DNA of 64,000 nucleotides from assembly GCA_013239625.1 (NCBI GenBank), contig MU053444.1, positions 203,822-267,821 of the forward strand. Reading direction: 5' to 3'. Each line of letters opens with the position of its first letter. The stretch's first letter is position 1. Both the position numbers and the translations under genes were made by a program. Under the pieces are notes generated by a model. It was not told the DNA's origin, did not search any database, and was given only the letters and a program-made list of their open reading frames with translations. Below, piece after piece: positions 1-13,100 of this stretch. Source of the DNA: Lama guanicoe. Its lineage: Eukaryota.

Positions 1-834
1 GGAAATTACATGAGGGTGGAAAACCTTCCAAATATGTTCATTTATTTGCTGTGGAATTTGTTTAATCCTCTTAAGAGCATTTAGAATGACAACCTTCTTA
101 AATTAGCCTCTTTGCCCGAGAGACCTTTCCAGGCACATGTGCAGAAACCTAGGACAACCCAGAAGCAAAATCAAAACCGTTTCAGCTGCACGACACCACA
201 GAATCTGTACAGTTTGAGCACCAAGGATTTTTTCTTCACACACTCTACCTCCTCTGCCCAAATTAATCAGCCTCTGCTGCTCTTGTATAATGAGTATCGT
301 ATGACTCATCTTCTCTGCCTGTAAAATGGAAATGCTAAATACTTCTACCCAATAAAATGTCATAGAACTAACCCCCAAAATAATATATATTAAAAAAGAA
401 AACCAGGGCCTTATGCTGTCCAGGGATATGAATCATTTATTTAATGTATCAATTGTTACTAGAATAAACTTTTCAAAATGTAATCCCTCCTCAGAAAACT
501 TCAACTATTATTCAATAAAAAAATCACAGAAAATTTTTGAAAAGAATTTAAAGGAAAATCATATTTAACTGAGTTATATTCTAGGCACTCTGAATAAATT
601 CTCTTTAGAGAACTCCTGCTTTTTTTTTAATAAAAGACCTATAAAAATACACCCAGCATTAATCAGTAAATCTTCATTCCTTATTTTAAAATTCTTAAGG
701 CATGCTATTTTTCTTAAATCAAATGAGGAGGTATTTGCAAGCCAATGGACAACGGAATTACCTAAGAAGACATTATAAAGCAGCACTTTGCCAAGCATTC
801 TGCCTGAGAGTCACTCGTACATGAGCTCCATCAT

Positions 835-950
835 TTAACACATGAAGAAACTGAGGCTATGGGTGGTCATGTTTTCAGTACTTGGTGGAGCCAGGATCCA
901 AACCCGGATCTTTGTCTATAGAGCCTGTGCCTTTACCAGATCACACTACA
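835..950 (-). mobile_element. MIR fragment; mirrored at ~27145-27255
   Basis: ATGAAGAAACTGAGGCT...GGTGGAGCCAGGATCCAAACCC MIR-core-like motifs. Confidence 0.55.
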
Positions 951-1984
951 TTTCTCACTTTTCAAATGCACTCAGTCCCTGAGGTAACACACATTCCTTG
1001 CGTTTCTAGGAGTTTTAGAAAGTACTGAATTACAAGGACTAAGTAGACATTTGTGTGGGCTAATTTTTTATTTTCTGATTTTTCTGAATCAGTTCAGGCT
1101 GAATTCATATTACTTACGAGGAGAAGTCCTGAGGCAGAGGAGAGAGGGGACGATAAGCCAGACATAAACAATTTCAAGAGATCCACTTCATCAAGGAAGC
1201 AAAGTATTAAATAAACCACTTCAGCAACATGCTTGTCAATAAACCTTGGTGTCCTTGTCTCAGCCTGAAGGAGGGTAAGCCCTCCAGCCCTTCTGCCTTC
1301 CTGCCACTTACCCTGGATGATCCTGGTTACCTCACCTGTGACACGTGGGTTCTCCTGGGATTCTTTGTAGAGATTAAATGATAAAACTATATGCAAAGGT
1401 GCTACTTCATTGTCAGACAGTAGGCACTAAACAAATAATAAAATTATTTTGTTTCATGAAAATGGGAGACAAGTCTCCCAATTAAACATTCCTGATAGAA
1501 TCCCAACAAGCACTTAATTTATCTGCCAGAAATTGTAAAATAGCACTTCTTTTTTGAAGGCTGTATCCATTTTCCCTACTTTTTACCAATCCTGGTTGTT
1601 ATCCTGAAAATCTATTCCCAAAACTTGGCATCCATCTCCCATATTTAAATCCTTTAAGTTGGAAATTATGATGAAGCTTGGGCACATAAAGATTCACACC
1701 ATAATTCACAGAATAAACAAAGACCACAGGAAGAGGGCCATCTCCAGAACCCATGTGCTCAGGAAAGGCTCCAAACTTCACAAAATCAGATGCATGCTGT
1801 TTGAAGAGAAAGAAATTTGAATGTGTTCGAGGAGGCTGACAGAACACTGGCCGGCTCACAAGATGACTCCTTCGCCCCCTCGTCTGACCTAAGTTATCTA
1901 ACACAGTTATCCGTCGATCTCTAACTAAAACTAGAAAATGGGTAGGGTTTGAAAGTAACATTCTTTCCTACAATATATACATAT

Positions 1985-2437
1985 TGTCAACTAAATTTTG
2001 GCACTTGTCATCTGCCTCTGATTTGATTAAGTCATGAGCCACTGCAGCTGCTGACCTTCAACACCCTCTGAAAGTAGTTAAAGGTGGAGATCAGGAATGG
2101 GGACCTCTGTGCTCTTGGAAAATGGGCAGAAAAGCCTTCAAATAGTTAGACATTTTCAGGAAATTTTTTGAGCCCAAATTCTTGCATATCCTCCTATCTA
2201 GAAAAGCACTAAAATCATTAACAGAGACACCTGCTCCTCGACTAGCAGCAGCCTCTGACTAAACGTGTACTGGACCGCACGTTCCCCTTCACTGAAATCT
2301 CATCTTATACAGAGCTCCCCCTCCTCTTCAGAGAAGTTCCTCCAAGCTCTCGGAGATGCTGTCACCTGCGCTCTGGTCTTCATTTTGCCCCAGATAAACC
2401 TTAACCCACATCTCTCACATTGTGTGGTTTATCGACA
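1985..2437 (+). mobile_element. Solo ERV1-type LTR (left-arm copy)
   Basis: TGTC...GACA termini. Core (GAGCCCAAATTCTTGC...GAAAAGCACTAAAATC...GAGACACCTG) resembles the LTRs at 50438 and 57259. No clean TSD (ATAT/GTAC). Confidence 0.75.
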
Positions 2438-3884
2438 GTACCACAAAAATTAAGCTTACATACTTGAACTCACAGTAAACATTCAGTATCAACCATTTCT
2501 TGACTTAAATTCCTTTTTAAAAGTAAATAATCTTTCCATTTCTTAAATATAACATCATTAAATATAATTTAACAGGTATTTGTGAATCTTAGGAAAATAT
2601 ATTCTAGAAAAAATTTTAGCTAATTAAAAAAAACTATTGTGTGGAGCTTTAGAATTTCAAAAGTGGAAGAGAATAGTATTGTAACTCAAGTTCTTGTTTT
2701 AAATGCAGAGACACTGAGGCCTCAAGTCATATCAATTTGCCTCATTTTATACACTGTCGTTTAACAGAAAACCTAGAACTAAGTTCCTGGTATTTGAGAA
2801 AATAAGATTTGCTCTGCTGGTGCAGGGCTGAAACTGATGAAAATGGGTGGTGAGAAAGAACCAGAACGTGAGGGCCTGGGCAAGGCAGTGGAGGAAAGAG
2901 GGTCTCACCTGGTCGTGGGTGAGAAATAGGCTCCCGCAGTGCTGGTGTGATGGGCATCCCTCAAGTGCCTGAAAACTACTGTTTAGCACACCTGCCACTG
3001 AAACACACACGAGCTAGAAGGCTGACTAGGGGGCTTTCTCAGTGACACAACAAGCTATTTTCACGTTAACTCTAAAACTACAGGAAGAGAAAGAATAGAA
3101 ACTGATATTAATTATTAAAAATTTACACCAAGAACCAAGGAATTTCCAGGGGAAATAAAAAGACTTGTTGGATGTTTCATTATGTGAACTACTGCCAATT
3201 CAGTTGTCTTAAATTTTGTGCTATAAAATATATTGTCCTTTGTTGTTCCAAATCACATTTGAAAGAAATAATGTTTCTTAAGGGTGTTTCTGAAATTTTT
3301 TTCTATTTTCTAACACCAACTTTCAGACCTTTAAAGAAATGAGGGGTTGGCAATTCGTCCACTGTTCTCTAGGCAATTTGTAGTTCCTTCAAAGAACAAG
3401 GGGGGAATCACACAGAAAAGCATTTGAGCATCAGGCTGCTTACATTTCCTCCAGAAGTCTTGGAAAATAATGTGGAAATGAACAGCAGGACAGCAACCTG
3501 GAGGGAGGGTCCCTGGCTAGAAGGTGAGAACAAATGTGTTCACCAACGTGCTCTACTAGCCACTAGTTTAAATGAACCGAGCAGTTGTTCCAGCATACAC
3601 GCACCTCTACGTGAAAGTCTCAACTGTTACCAACCAATCAGTGCAGCCCGAAACAATGGACGGACTGCAGAGGCCCCTGGCGGCTGATCGTGGTGCCTTA
3701 CACCACGTGCAGGATGAGCGGTGCCTCCCTGCCCCCTCCCTCCCATCCCCTCGAGGGAGATGGCTGGCCCTCGGCTGAACTTACCTCATAGCAAGCTGTC
3801 TCTCAGCCCTCTGTCTAAAGCAAGATAAAAGCAGGAAAGCTACCCGGGACTTCACAGAACCATCCCAAAAGGGAACTGAAGCAC

Positions 3885-4140
3885 CTTTCTTCCCTCCTGT
3901 CTGCTGCCTGGAATGTGGACCTGATGGATAACCCTCAGGTAGACACTTTGTGCCATCAAGTTGACTGGCTGAAAATAAGAGGCATCTGGTTCTCTGACCG
4001 TGGTGCCTTCATGCAAACCAGCACTGCGGTACCGATTGCTTGACTTCTTTATGCAAGAGGGAAATACAAATATAGCATGAGTAAGCCACTGCTGTTATCT
4101 AGGGAAGTAGATATTGTACATTGCCACGGAAAGTCCTAAT
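3885..4140 (+). mobile_element. Old MaLR (MLT1-like) LTR fragment; mirrored at ~23945-24200
   Basis: CTGCTGCCTGGAATGTGGAC...GACTTCTT...GAGGGAAATA...TAAGCCACTG motifs typical of MLT1 3' halves (from recall). Confidence 0.5.
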
Positions 4141-7100
4141 AATAAAGTTAAAGATTCACCAAAAAGTATTTACCAAATAGTTAATAAATGATAAAGAGAT
4201 CTTGATTTTTGTTTTAATGCTATGAAATGTAAATCAAGTTTCAGCATATGCCAGAAAAACAAGACACTGTGGAGAAAAAGCAAAACAGAGAATGTAGAAC
4301 AGAGACCCAAAACATCCTCTTCTCCAAGGCACAGGAGGACAGCAGTGACTCTAAGTGCCAAGGCTGGAGTCACATTGGCTCCCTGTTTTCCTTGCCTTGG
4401 GTTGTGTTTTGTTTCCAGCCTTGGGAAAAATGGATAAGGCTGCTGGTCAAATCATTTCAGGAGCAGCTTCCATCATGTAGAACCCCTGTCTCTTCCTTTC
4501 ATCTGCCTTCTGGAATGTTCTGCCACAATTAACCAGTCCAGCCTTCTAAATTGAGCAAATGGAGCTCAATCAATCTGGTTTTAGACAGAGTTAAGAAATA
4601 GACATTAAAAAGCATAACTAGGAAATCTTTTCTTCCAGAGGTCATTGCACAGATGAAATAGGAGAGTATCTGTGAATCACTCTGTAAACACTAAGTACAA
4701 TACAAACAATATTAGTACTGATTCTATGTCACATTCATCAAAAAAGGAAAACAACAGTTTTCTACCAGAAGGAGAAGGTGCTTTGCAATTTTCTGTCTCT
4801 TTAATTCTTCAAAAGTTTCTATAAAATTGATGTCTTTAAAAAAATCAATGCACATTAGGGACTAATTTTAATTCCTTCATCTCCCCCTGTTTAACAGATA
4901 TCAAGAATGATACAATTTCTAGATATTTTATTTAGGAAAGCCTTTGGTATACATGAGGCACAAAGCACGACAAATTGTCAGTATCACTCAGGATAGAACC
5001 CATCTTTGGTACCCGAACTTGAAGACATGAAGAAGAAGCCTGACATGTCCCACTGACCTTTCAAGCTATTCTTTTTCAAACATTTGTTTCTTCTTGGTCC
5101 AGGACAGACACGCATTTATTGATGTGAGACTCTTTAAATGAAAAGGTCAACCCATCATTACCACTTTAGAGACTGAAATCTTACCCTCCTCATCCAAGTG
5201 GACATAGCATCCTTACTGATTTCTAACATGAAAAATGACCACCGATGACATCTCAGGATGCTCCAATGCAGAGGTTCTCTGCTGCAGTGAGGAGGAAAGA
5301 GCCGTGTGCTTCAAGATGTACTTACTGTCTGTAGTTCAGTTTGCAAGACACTGCAACTTGTCTAAGCTAAAGCTTAAAAGTGGAAAATAGAGACAACATC
5401 CATGGCAAAGGGCATTTGGAGGCTAATTCCTTGACCCCACTTCATCCCTTCTCATAGGCCTTGGGCAATACCTTGAGAAAGGCAGCAACATGGTACCCAA
5501 CTCATCAAAAAGCTGCGCCTCCTACTAATCGACAGTAAAGCAAGTGTCATCTGGCTCAACAGATCTCCCTGTGTCTCTACAGTGTACGTCTACTTTTTCT
5601 TTATTTTCTCCGTTGGGGGACACTCCTTTTTTAAAATCCTCCTCCCTGCAGTAGAAGTTCTTAGTTTCCCAATCAGAATGCAGGCTTGAAAGGGGGGCAA
5701 CAGAGCTGAGAAAACACTATTTATTCCTTGATATATTTTTTGCACATGGACTAAAAATCATTGGGTCAGTTGAACATCAAGATCATATCTAATTTACACA
5801 ATTGTCAACTGTCATTTTACTACAAGCTCCTGAAACAGTCATGTGGTCACTAGGTTTTTTTTCCTTCCCTTGACTCATGGATTCGATGATTTCTCCCCTG
5901 ACACAATAGCTTTTTGAAAAGAAGTCTGTTTCACCTTTTGCTTTTAAGCTAAACTTGCGTTCTTGACCCTGACTTCACTCTAACATTCACAGAAAGCTAT
6001 CCAAGGACAACCACATTTGACATCATCTCTAGATGTCTTGAATACACTGCTGAGCTGATTCTTCCAGATCATTATCCTATGGTCCTCTTCAATTTGTGGT
6101 GTTTTCAGTAATTGTTACCTCCTTGGATACTTTATTACACATTTAGCATTTCTTTATCCAATTCTGTTACATTAGTATATAAGATTTCAAAAGAACTGGT
6201 TTCTCAAAATGATGATATTTAACATCTATGGTCTATTTTAAATCAAGTAACTCAATAAGGTTGTCAAGGACAGCAGTGAAGGTTGTGTGTGGTGATTGCT
6301 GCTTCAGAGTCTCTGGTCCGGCCCCATGATCTTGCAGGTGTTTACGCATCCTTGTCAATGTCATCACATCAGTCTATTATGAGCTGAAATTAAACTAACT
6401 GGATGCTAATATTTCTTATTAAAAACAATAAACTCAATTTCCCCTTCTAATTCTTTATTGTTTCTCATACTGAGGCTCACAACTTTTCCTAATATATATA
6501 TTTGGTGAGGAGGGGGGCACAGCCCAGAAAGCCTGCAGACAGCACCAACTCTGTAAGAGTAACCAGAGGTGGCCGTGGATGTTGTGTTACTTCAGCCACT
6601 GAGCACGAGCACCTGCTGTCCCTCCAACTGTTCTGCCTCCATTGCTGACAGTACTGAATGTCACTGCCTCTTGTAAAATTCTACAACATTACAGTTCATA
6701 TATTTTAAAAGGTATAAAATTGTGAAAGTCATCTCTTGTTTGTGTAAAATCGGGGGTACTTGCCTTTGCTCATTTCAGGCTAAACTAAATCCAGAAGGAC
6801 ACACACGCACATGCACACACACACACGTAGTTCTGAGTGCCACGAAGGAAAAGTTTGAAAGGTTTTGGGAGAGTGGTGGCACTCAAATCTTTGGAATTTT
6901 GAGCTCTGTGAAAGCATCACATAATCAGAAATTAAGCATTATAATTCTAGAGGAAGAGAATCAGAATCACCCACAAGATACTTACCGGAATTTTTTTAAA
7001 GAAACTATCTTCCCTAAAATCCAATGATAATTCCAATATCCATGGAAAGAAAGTAGATCAGTAATATCAAGCAATAATTTCTAAACTATTGCTGATTAGA

Positions 7101-7419
7101 CTTCAGCCCCAACCAAAGGACATAGAAATAAGACTCCTGGAGAAAAAGAGATGGAAGAGAGGTATTAAAAAGCAAGAATATAAAAGAAGTAGTGGCCTTA
7201 TGGAAACCTGCTCAGTTTCTTTGAAATAATTAGTTGGTTAAAGAAACTCACTCATGAGTATCTGGAAATGAATCAAGAGGAAATCTAGCAGGGAAAAGAA
7301 GCAGAAGCAGGTCTCAGTTTTTTCCAAGGCTGCTCCAAAATGGAAAAAATTTCCTTGGCTTCCAGAATAGACAACCTGCATGGTTCCCTTAGCAGAAGAA
7401 TGAGGAGGAGAGAAAACCG

Positions 7420-10116
7420 AATGTGTGTGCAAACCATCCTTCACCAACCCTGTTGGAACACAGAATTTTGGTGTTAGGGGCACTGCCCGACCTATAAATA
7501 TAAGAGAAGGAACAAGCTTTTTGAGTGAAAAATGCTTTTAGCTTTAAACCTACTCTAGGAAACATACTGAGAAATCATGGTAAGTACTTGAGTTGTAGCC
7601 TTGCTGTTTAGGTTAGATAATAGAATGCTTCCTTACATGTACCATTTTGGGAACGGAATAGGTGTGGAAGCCTCCTTCACTAAAGTTTTTGGAAACCCAG
7701 GGTTTCTGGCCATGGGGAATTAGGCTAGTTACATATCTAAGGGGAGGCAAAAACTCCAGGGCGTTTTTCCATTGCAAACCGCTTTTACCTGAGACCGGCT
7801 TTAAGAATCATGCTGAGAAATCAGAGTGTTTCTACATGTCATTCTACCTTTTATGCTGGATGAAAGAATGCCTCTCCACATGCTCATTTCTGACATCTCA
7901 ATCTGTGTGGAAGTCATTGTAAACTAGATTTTTGGGAACACAGATCTTCTGTCTTAGAGCATCTACACTACTTACATATGTAAGGGGAGGCACAAGCTCC
8001 AACAGGGTTATCCACAGCAAACGGCTTTTACTTTGAAACCGGTGCTATGAAACATTGTAAGAAATCAGAGAATGTGTGTCTAGAAGTCCCTCTGTCTTTT
8101 ATGCTGGTTGAAAGAATGCCTCTCTACATGCTAAATTTTCAGATCTGTATACATGTGGAAGCCATCCTTCCAATAGCTTGTTGGGAAACCAGAGTTTCTG
8201 GCCTATGGAAACTATGCTGCTTTCATATATATGGGGACGTACTAGCACCAACTCGGTTTTCCACTGCAAACCACTTTTCTTTGAAACTGGCTTTAAGAAA
8301 CATGCTGAGAAATCAGAGTATTTCAGTATGTCACTTAACTTTCAATGCTGGATGAAAGAACGCCTCTCCACATGCTCACTTCTGACATCTGAAATTGTGT
8401 TGGAGCCGTCCTTCACCTACCTTCTTGGAAACCCAGAGTTTCTGTTCTAGGGGAACTAAGCTACTAGCATATCTAAGGGGAGGCAATGGCTCCAATTCGT
8501 TTTTCCACAACAAAACACTTTTACTTTGAAACCAGCATTAGGAAATAGGCTGATAAATCAGAGAATGTGTTTCTAAATATCACTCTGCCTTTTATTCTGG
8601 ATGAAATAATGACTCTCCACATGCTCTACTTTCAGATCTGTATGTGTGTGGAAGCCCACCGTCACCTAGCTTATAGGAAAACTAGACTTTCTGAACTAGA
8701 GAAACTACGCTGCTTACATATATTTTGGGATTATTAGTACCAACTCGGTTTTCCAATGCAAACAGCTTTTCCTTGAAACCGGCTTTCAGAAACATGCTGA
8801 GAAATCAGAGTAAGTGTTTCTGTATGTCACTAAACCTTCAATGCTGGATGATAGAACACCTCAGCACATGGTCACTTCTGACATAAGTATGTTTGTTGGA
8901 GCCGTCCTTCACCTAATTTCTTGGAAAACTAGAGTTTCTGGTCGTGGGGAACTATGCAACTTAATATCTAAGGGGAAGCACTCGCTGCAATTGTATTTTT
9001 CACAGCAAACTAATATTACATTGAAACCGGTGCTTGGAAGCATGAGAGAAATAAGAAAATGTGTTTCTACATTTCACTCTGCTTTTAAGATGGATAAAAG
9101 AACACCTCCAAACATGCTAAATTCTGGGGGTTGAATGTGTGTCAAAATCATCAATCACCAAGCTTGTAGGGAAGACACAGTTTCCTTTGAGGGGGTAACA
9201 AGAATACATAAATATATATGGGAAGGTACTAGCTCCAACTCGGTTTAACAGTGAAAATTACATGAACATCATACTAGCACTAAAAAACCATACGAGAAAT
9301 CAGAGTAAGTCTTTCTACTGCTATTCATTTATTTTCTGCTAGATGAACGAACGCCCCTCCACAGCAAATTTCTGAGAGTTGAATGTGTCTGAAAGCAATC
9401 AATTACCTATTTTCGGGAAAACACAGTTTCTTTTGAGTGGGGAACCACACCACATATATATCTATGGGGAGGACTAGCTACAATTCTGTTTTAAGGTGAA
9501 ACTGCATGAACTACAAACTGGCACTAGTAAAATAGACTGAGAAAGTAGAGTATGTGTATCAACTAAAAACCATTCCATTTATGCTAGATGAACGAAAGTA
9601 TCTCAACATGCAAACTTTTGAGAGTTAAGTGTGAGTGAAAGCCGTCAATCACATAGCTTGTTGGGAAAACACACATCATTTTCAGTCAGAAAATTCACAA
9701 CATAAATATATATGGGGAGGTACTAGCTCAAAATATGGTTTAGAGTAAAAAATGTATGAACTTCAAGCCGACACTAGGAAAATATACTGAAAAATCAGAA
9801 TAAATCTTTCTACTAGAAACCAATCCCTTTATGCTAGATGAACGAACGTCTCCCTACATGCTCAATTCTGACACTTAAGAATGGAAAGTCATAAGTCCCC
9901 TAGCTTCATGGGAACATATTTTCTTTACAGTGGGTATCCACACTACATACGTATATATATGGAGGTACAAGCTCCAACCCTGTTTTACACAGAAAAGTCC
10001 ATAAACTTCAAACAGGCACTAAGAAACATACAGAGAAACCAGAGTAAGTGATTCCACTGCAACCAATTCTATTTATGCTAGATGAACGAAAGTCTCCCCA
10101 CATGCACAATTCCGGG
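7420..10116 (-). repeat. ~248-bp satellite, inverted block, ~11 degenerate monomers
   Basis: Recurrent GAAACATGCTGAGAAATCAGAGTAAG, CATATATATGGGGAGGTACTAGCTCCAACTCGG and CCTTCACCTAGCTTGTTGGGAAAC motifs at ~248-bp spacing, the reverse complement of the main array monomer. Confidence 0.95.
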
Positions 10117-10117
10117 T

Positions 10118-13100
10118 AACCTGAGTTGGAGCGAGTAGCACCCCATATATGTATGCAGTGCAATTTCACATGAAAAGAGAGTATGTGTTCCCAAAAAGTT
10201 ATGATATTGTCGGCTTTCACACACACATATTTCTCAGTACTGAGCATGAGGAGAGAAGTTTGTTCATCTAGCACAAAGGGAAAGGGTTGCAAGAGAAACA
10301 CTGTAATTTCTCAGTCTGTTTCCTAGTGCTGGTTTGAAGTTCCTGATGTTTTCACTATAAAAACGATTTGGAGTTAATACCTCCCCATATACATGTAAGT
10401 ATTGCAGTTCCCAATTTAAAAGAAATTTTGTCTTTCCCACAGGCTAGGTGAAATATGACTTAATACACACATATCTCTCAGAACTAAGCATGTGGAGAGA
10501 CGTTCGTTCATCCAGCACAAAGGGAACGGGTTGCAGGAGAAACACTTACTCTGGTTTCTCAGTCTGTTTCCTAGTGCCGGTTTGAAGTGCCTGCCGTTTT
10601 CACTGTAAAACCGAGTTGGAGCTTGTACCTCCCCATATATATATATTTAGTGGAGTTTGCAACTGAAAAAAACTTTGTGTTACCTTCAATCTAAGTGAAG
10701 GACGGCTTTCACACACACTTATCTCTCAGAACTGAACATGTGGCGAGACGTTCTTTCACCCAGCACAAAGGGAACTGTTTGCAGGAAAAACACTTACTCT
10801 GGATTCTCAGTTTGTTTCCTAGTACCGGTTTGAAGATCCTTCCGTTTTCACTGTAAAACCGAGATGGTGCTTGTACCTCCCCATATGTATTTATTGAGTG
10901 GAGTTTAAAACTGAAAAGAAAGTTTGTGTTCCCTTCAAGCTATGAGTACGACGTCTTTCCACACATTAATGCCTCAGAACTGAGCATGTGGACAGACTTT
11001 CGTTCATCCAGCACAAACGGAACGGGTTGCATTAGAAACACTTTCTATGGTTTCTCAGTCTGGTTCCTAGTGCCGGTTTGAAGTTCCTGCCGTTTTCGCT
11101 GTAAAACCGATTTGGAGCTTGTACCTCCCCATATATATATATGTAGTGGAGTTTGCAACTGAAAAAGACTTTGTGTTCCCTTCAAGCTAGTTGAAGTGGG
11201 CTTGCACACACATTAACTCTCACAACTGAGCATGTGGGGAGACGTTCGTTCATCCAGCACAAAGGGAACGGGTTGCAGGAGAAACACTTACTCTGGTTTC
11301 TCAGTCTGTTTCCTACTGCCGGTTGGAAGTGCCTGCCTTTTTCACTGTAAAACAGAGTTGGAGCTTGTGCTTCCCCATATATATGTATGTAGTGGAATTT
11401 GCAACTGAAAAGAAACTTTGTGTTCCCTTCAAACTAGTTGAACGACGGCTTTCAAACACAATTATCTCTCAGAAATGAGCATGTGGATATACGATCGTTT
11501 ACCCAGCACAAACGGAACGGGGTGCAGGAGAAACAATTACTCTTATTTCTCACTCTGGTTCCTAGTACCGGTTTAAAGTTCCTGCAGTTTTCACTGTAAA
11601 ACCCACTTGGAGCTTGTACCTCCCCATATATATATATGGAGTGTAGTTTGCAACTTAAAAAACACTATGTATTCCCTTCAAGCTAGGTGAAGGAAGGCTT
11701 TCACACACACTTACCTTTCAGAAGTGAGCATGTGGAGAGACCGTCGTTCATCCAGCAAAAAGGGAATGGTTTGCAGTAGAAACACTTATTCTGGTTTCTC
11801 AGACTCTTTCCTAGTGCCGGTTTGAAGTTCCTGCCGTTTTCACTGTAACACCGAGTTGGAGATTGTAACACCCCATATATATGTATGTAGTGGAATTTGC
11901 AAATGAAAAGAAACTTTGTGTTCCCTTCAAGCTAAGTGAAGGACGGCTTTCACACACACTTATCTCTCATAACTGAGAATGTGGAGAGACGTTCGTTCAT
12001 CCAGCACAAAGGGAACGGGTTGCAGGACAAACAATTACTCAGGTTTCTCAGTTGGCTTCCTAGTGCCGGTTTGAAGTTCCTGCCGTTTTCACAGTAAAAC
12101 CGGTTTGGAGCTTAAACCTCCCCGTATATATGTATGTAATGTATATTGCAACTGAAAAGAAACTTTGTGTTCCCTTCAAGCTAAATGAAGGACGGCTTTC
12201 ACACACACTTATCTCTCAGAACTGATCATGTGCGTGTAGTCCTTTCACCCAAAACAAAGGGAACGGGTTGCAGGAGAAACACTTACTCTAGTTTGTCAGG
12301 CTGTTTCCTAGAGTCGGTTTAAATTTCCTGCCTTTTTCACTGTTAAACCGAGTTGGACCTTGTAACATCCCATATATATGTATGGAGTGGAGTTTGCAAA
12401 GGAAAGAAACTTTGTGTTCCCTTAAAGCAAATTGAAGGGCGGGTTTCACACACACTAATCACTCAGAACTGATCATGTGGCGAGACATTCTTTTACCCAG
12501 CACAAAGGGAACGGGTTGCATTAGAAACACTTACTCTGGTTTCTCAGTCTGTTTCCTAGTGCCGGTTTGAAGTGCCTGCCGTTTTCACTGTAAAACCGAG
12601 TTGGAGCTTGTACATCCCCATATATATGAATGGAGTGGTTTTTGAAAATGAAAAGAAAGTCTGTGTTCCCTTCAAGTTAGTTGAAGGACTGCTTTCACAC
12701 ACACATATCCCTCAGAACTGAGCATGCGGATAGACGTTCGTTCATCCAGCACAAAGGGAACGGGTTGCAGGAGAAACACTTACTCTGATTTCTCAGTCTG
12801 TTTCCTAGTGCCGGTTTGAAGTGCCTGCTGTTTTCACTGTAAAACCGAGTTGGAAATTGTAACACCAGATATATTTGTATGGAATGGTGTTTGCAACTGA
12901 AAAGAATCTATGTGATCCCTTCAAGCTTAGTGAAGGATGGCTTTAACACACACTTATATCTCAGAACTGATCATGTGGCGAGACGTTCTTTCACCCAGCA
13001 CAACGGGAAAAGTTTGCAGGAGAAACACTTACTCTGGTTTCTCAGTCTGTTCCCGAGTGCCGGTTTTAAGTTCCTACCATTTTCACTATAAAACCGTGAT

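Larger units (their letters stand above)
1..10116 (-). repeat. Left arm of a large inverted duplication (unique DNA plus ~11 inverted satellite monomers); outer end not seen, runs to the window edge
   Basis: Bases 1-90 (GGAAATTACATGAGGGTGGAAAA...) are the reverse complement of ~28045-28134. Mirrored ORF pairs: 1094-1396(-)/26700-26999(+), 3424-3687(+)/24365-24658(-), 4248-4532(+)/23551-23835(-), 6722-7027(+)/21031-21336(-). About 90% identity by eye. Confidence 0.97.

Noticed and set aside
103..7483. ORFs conserved between the two arms
   Set aside because: Similarity is explained by the duplication; start/stop positions and frames differ between arms and none resembles a known protein.
11244..11273. 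CENP-B-box-like halves in each monomer (TTCGTT ... GGAACGGG)
   Set aside because: The functional box needs TTCG and CGGG separated by 7 nt; here the gap is 20 nt, so it is not a canonical CENP-B box.
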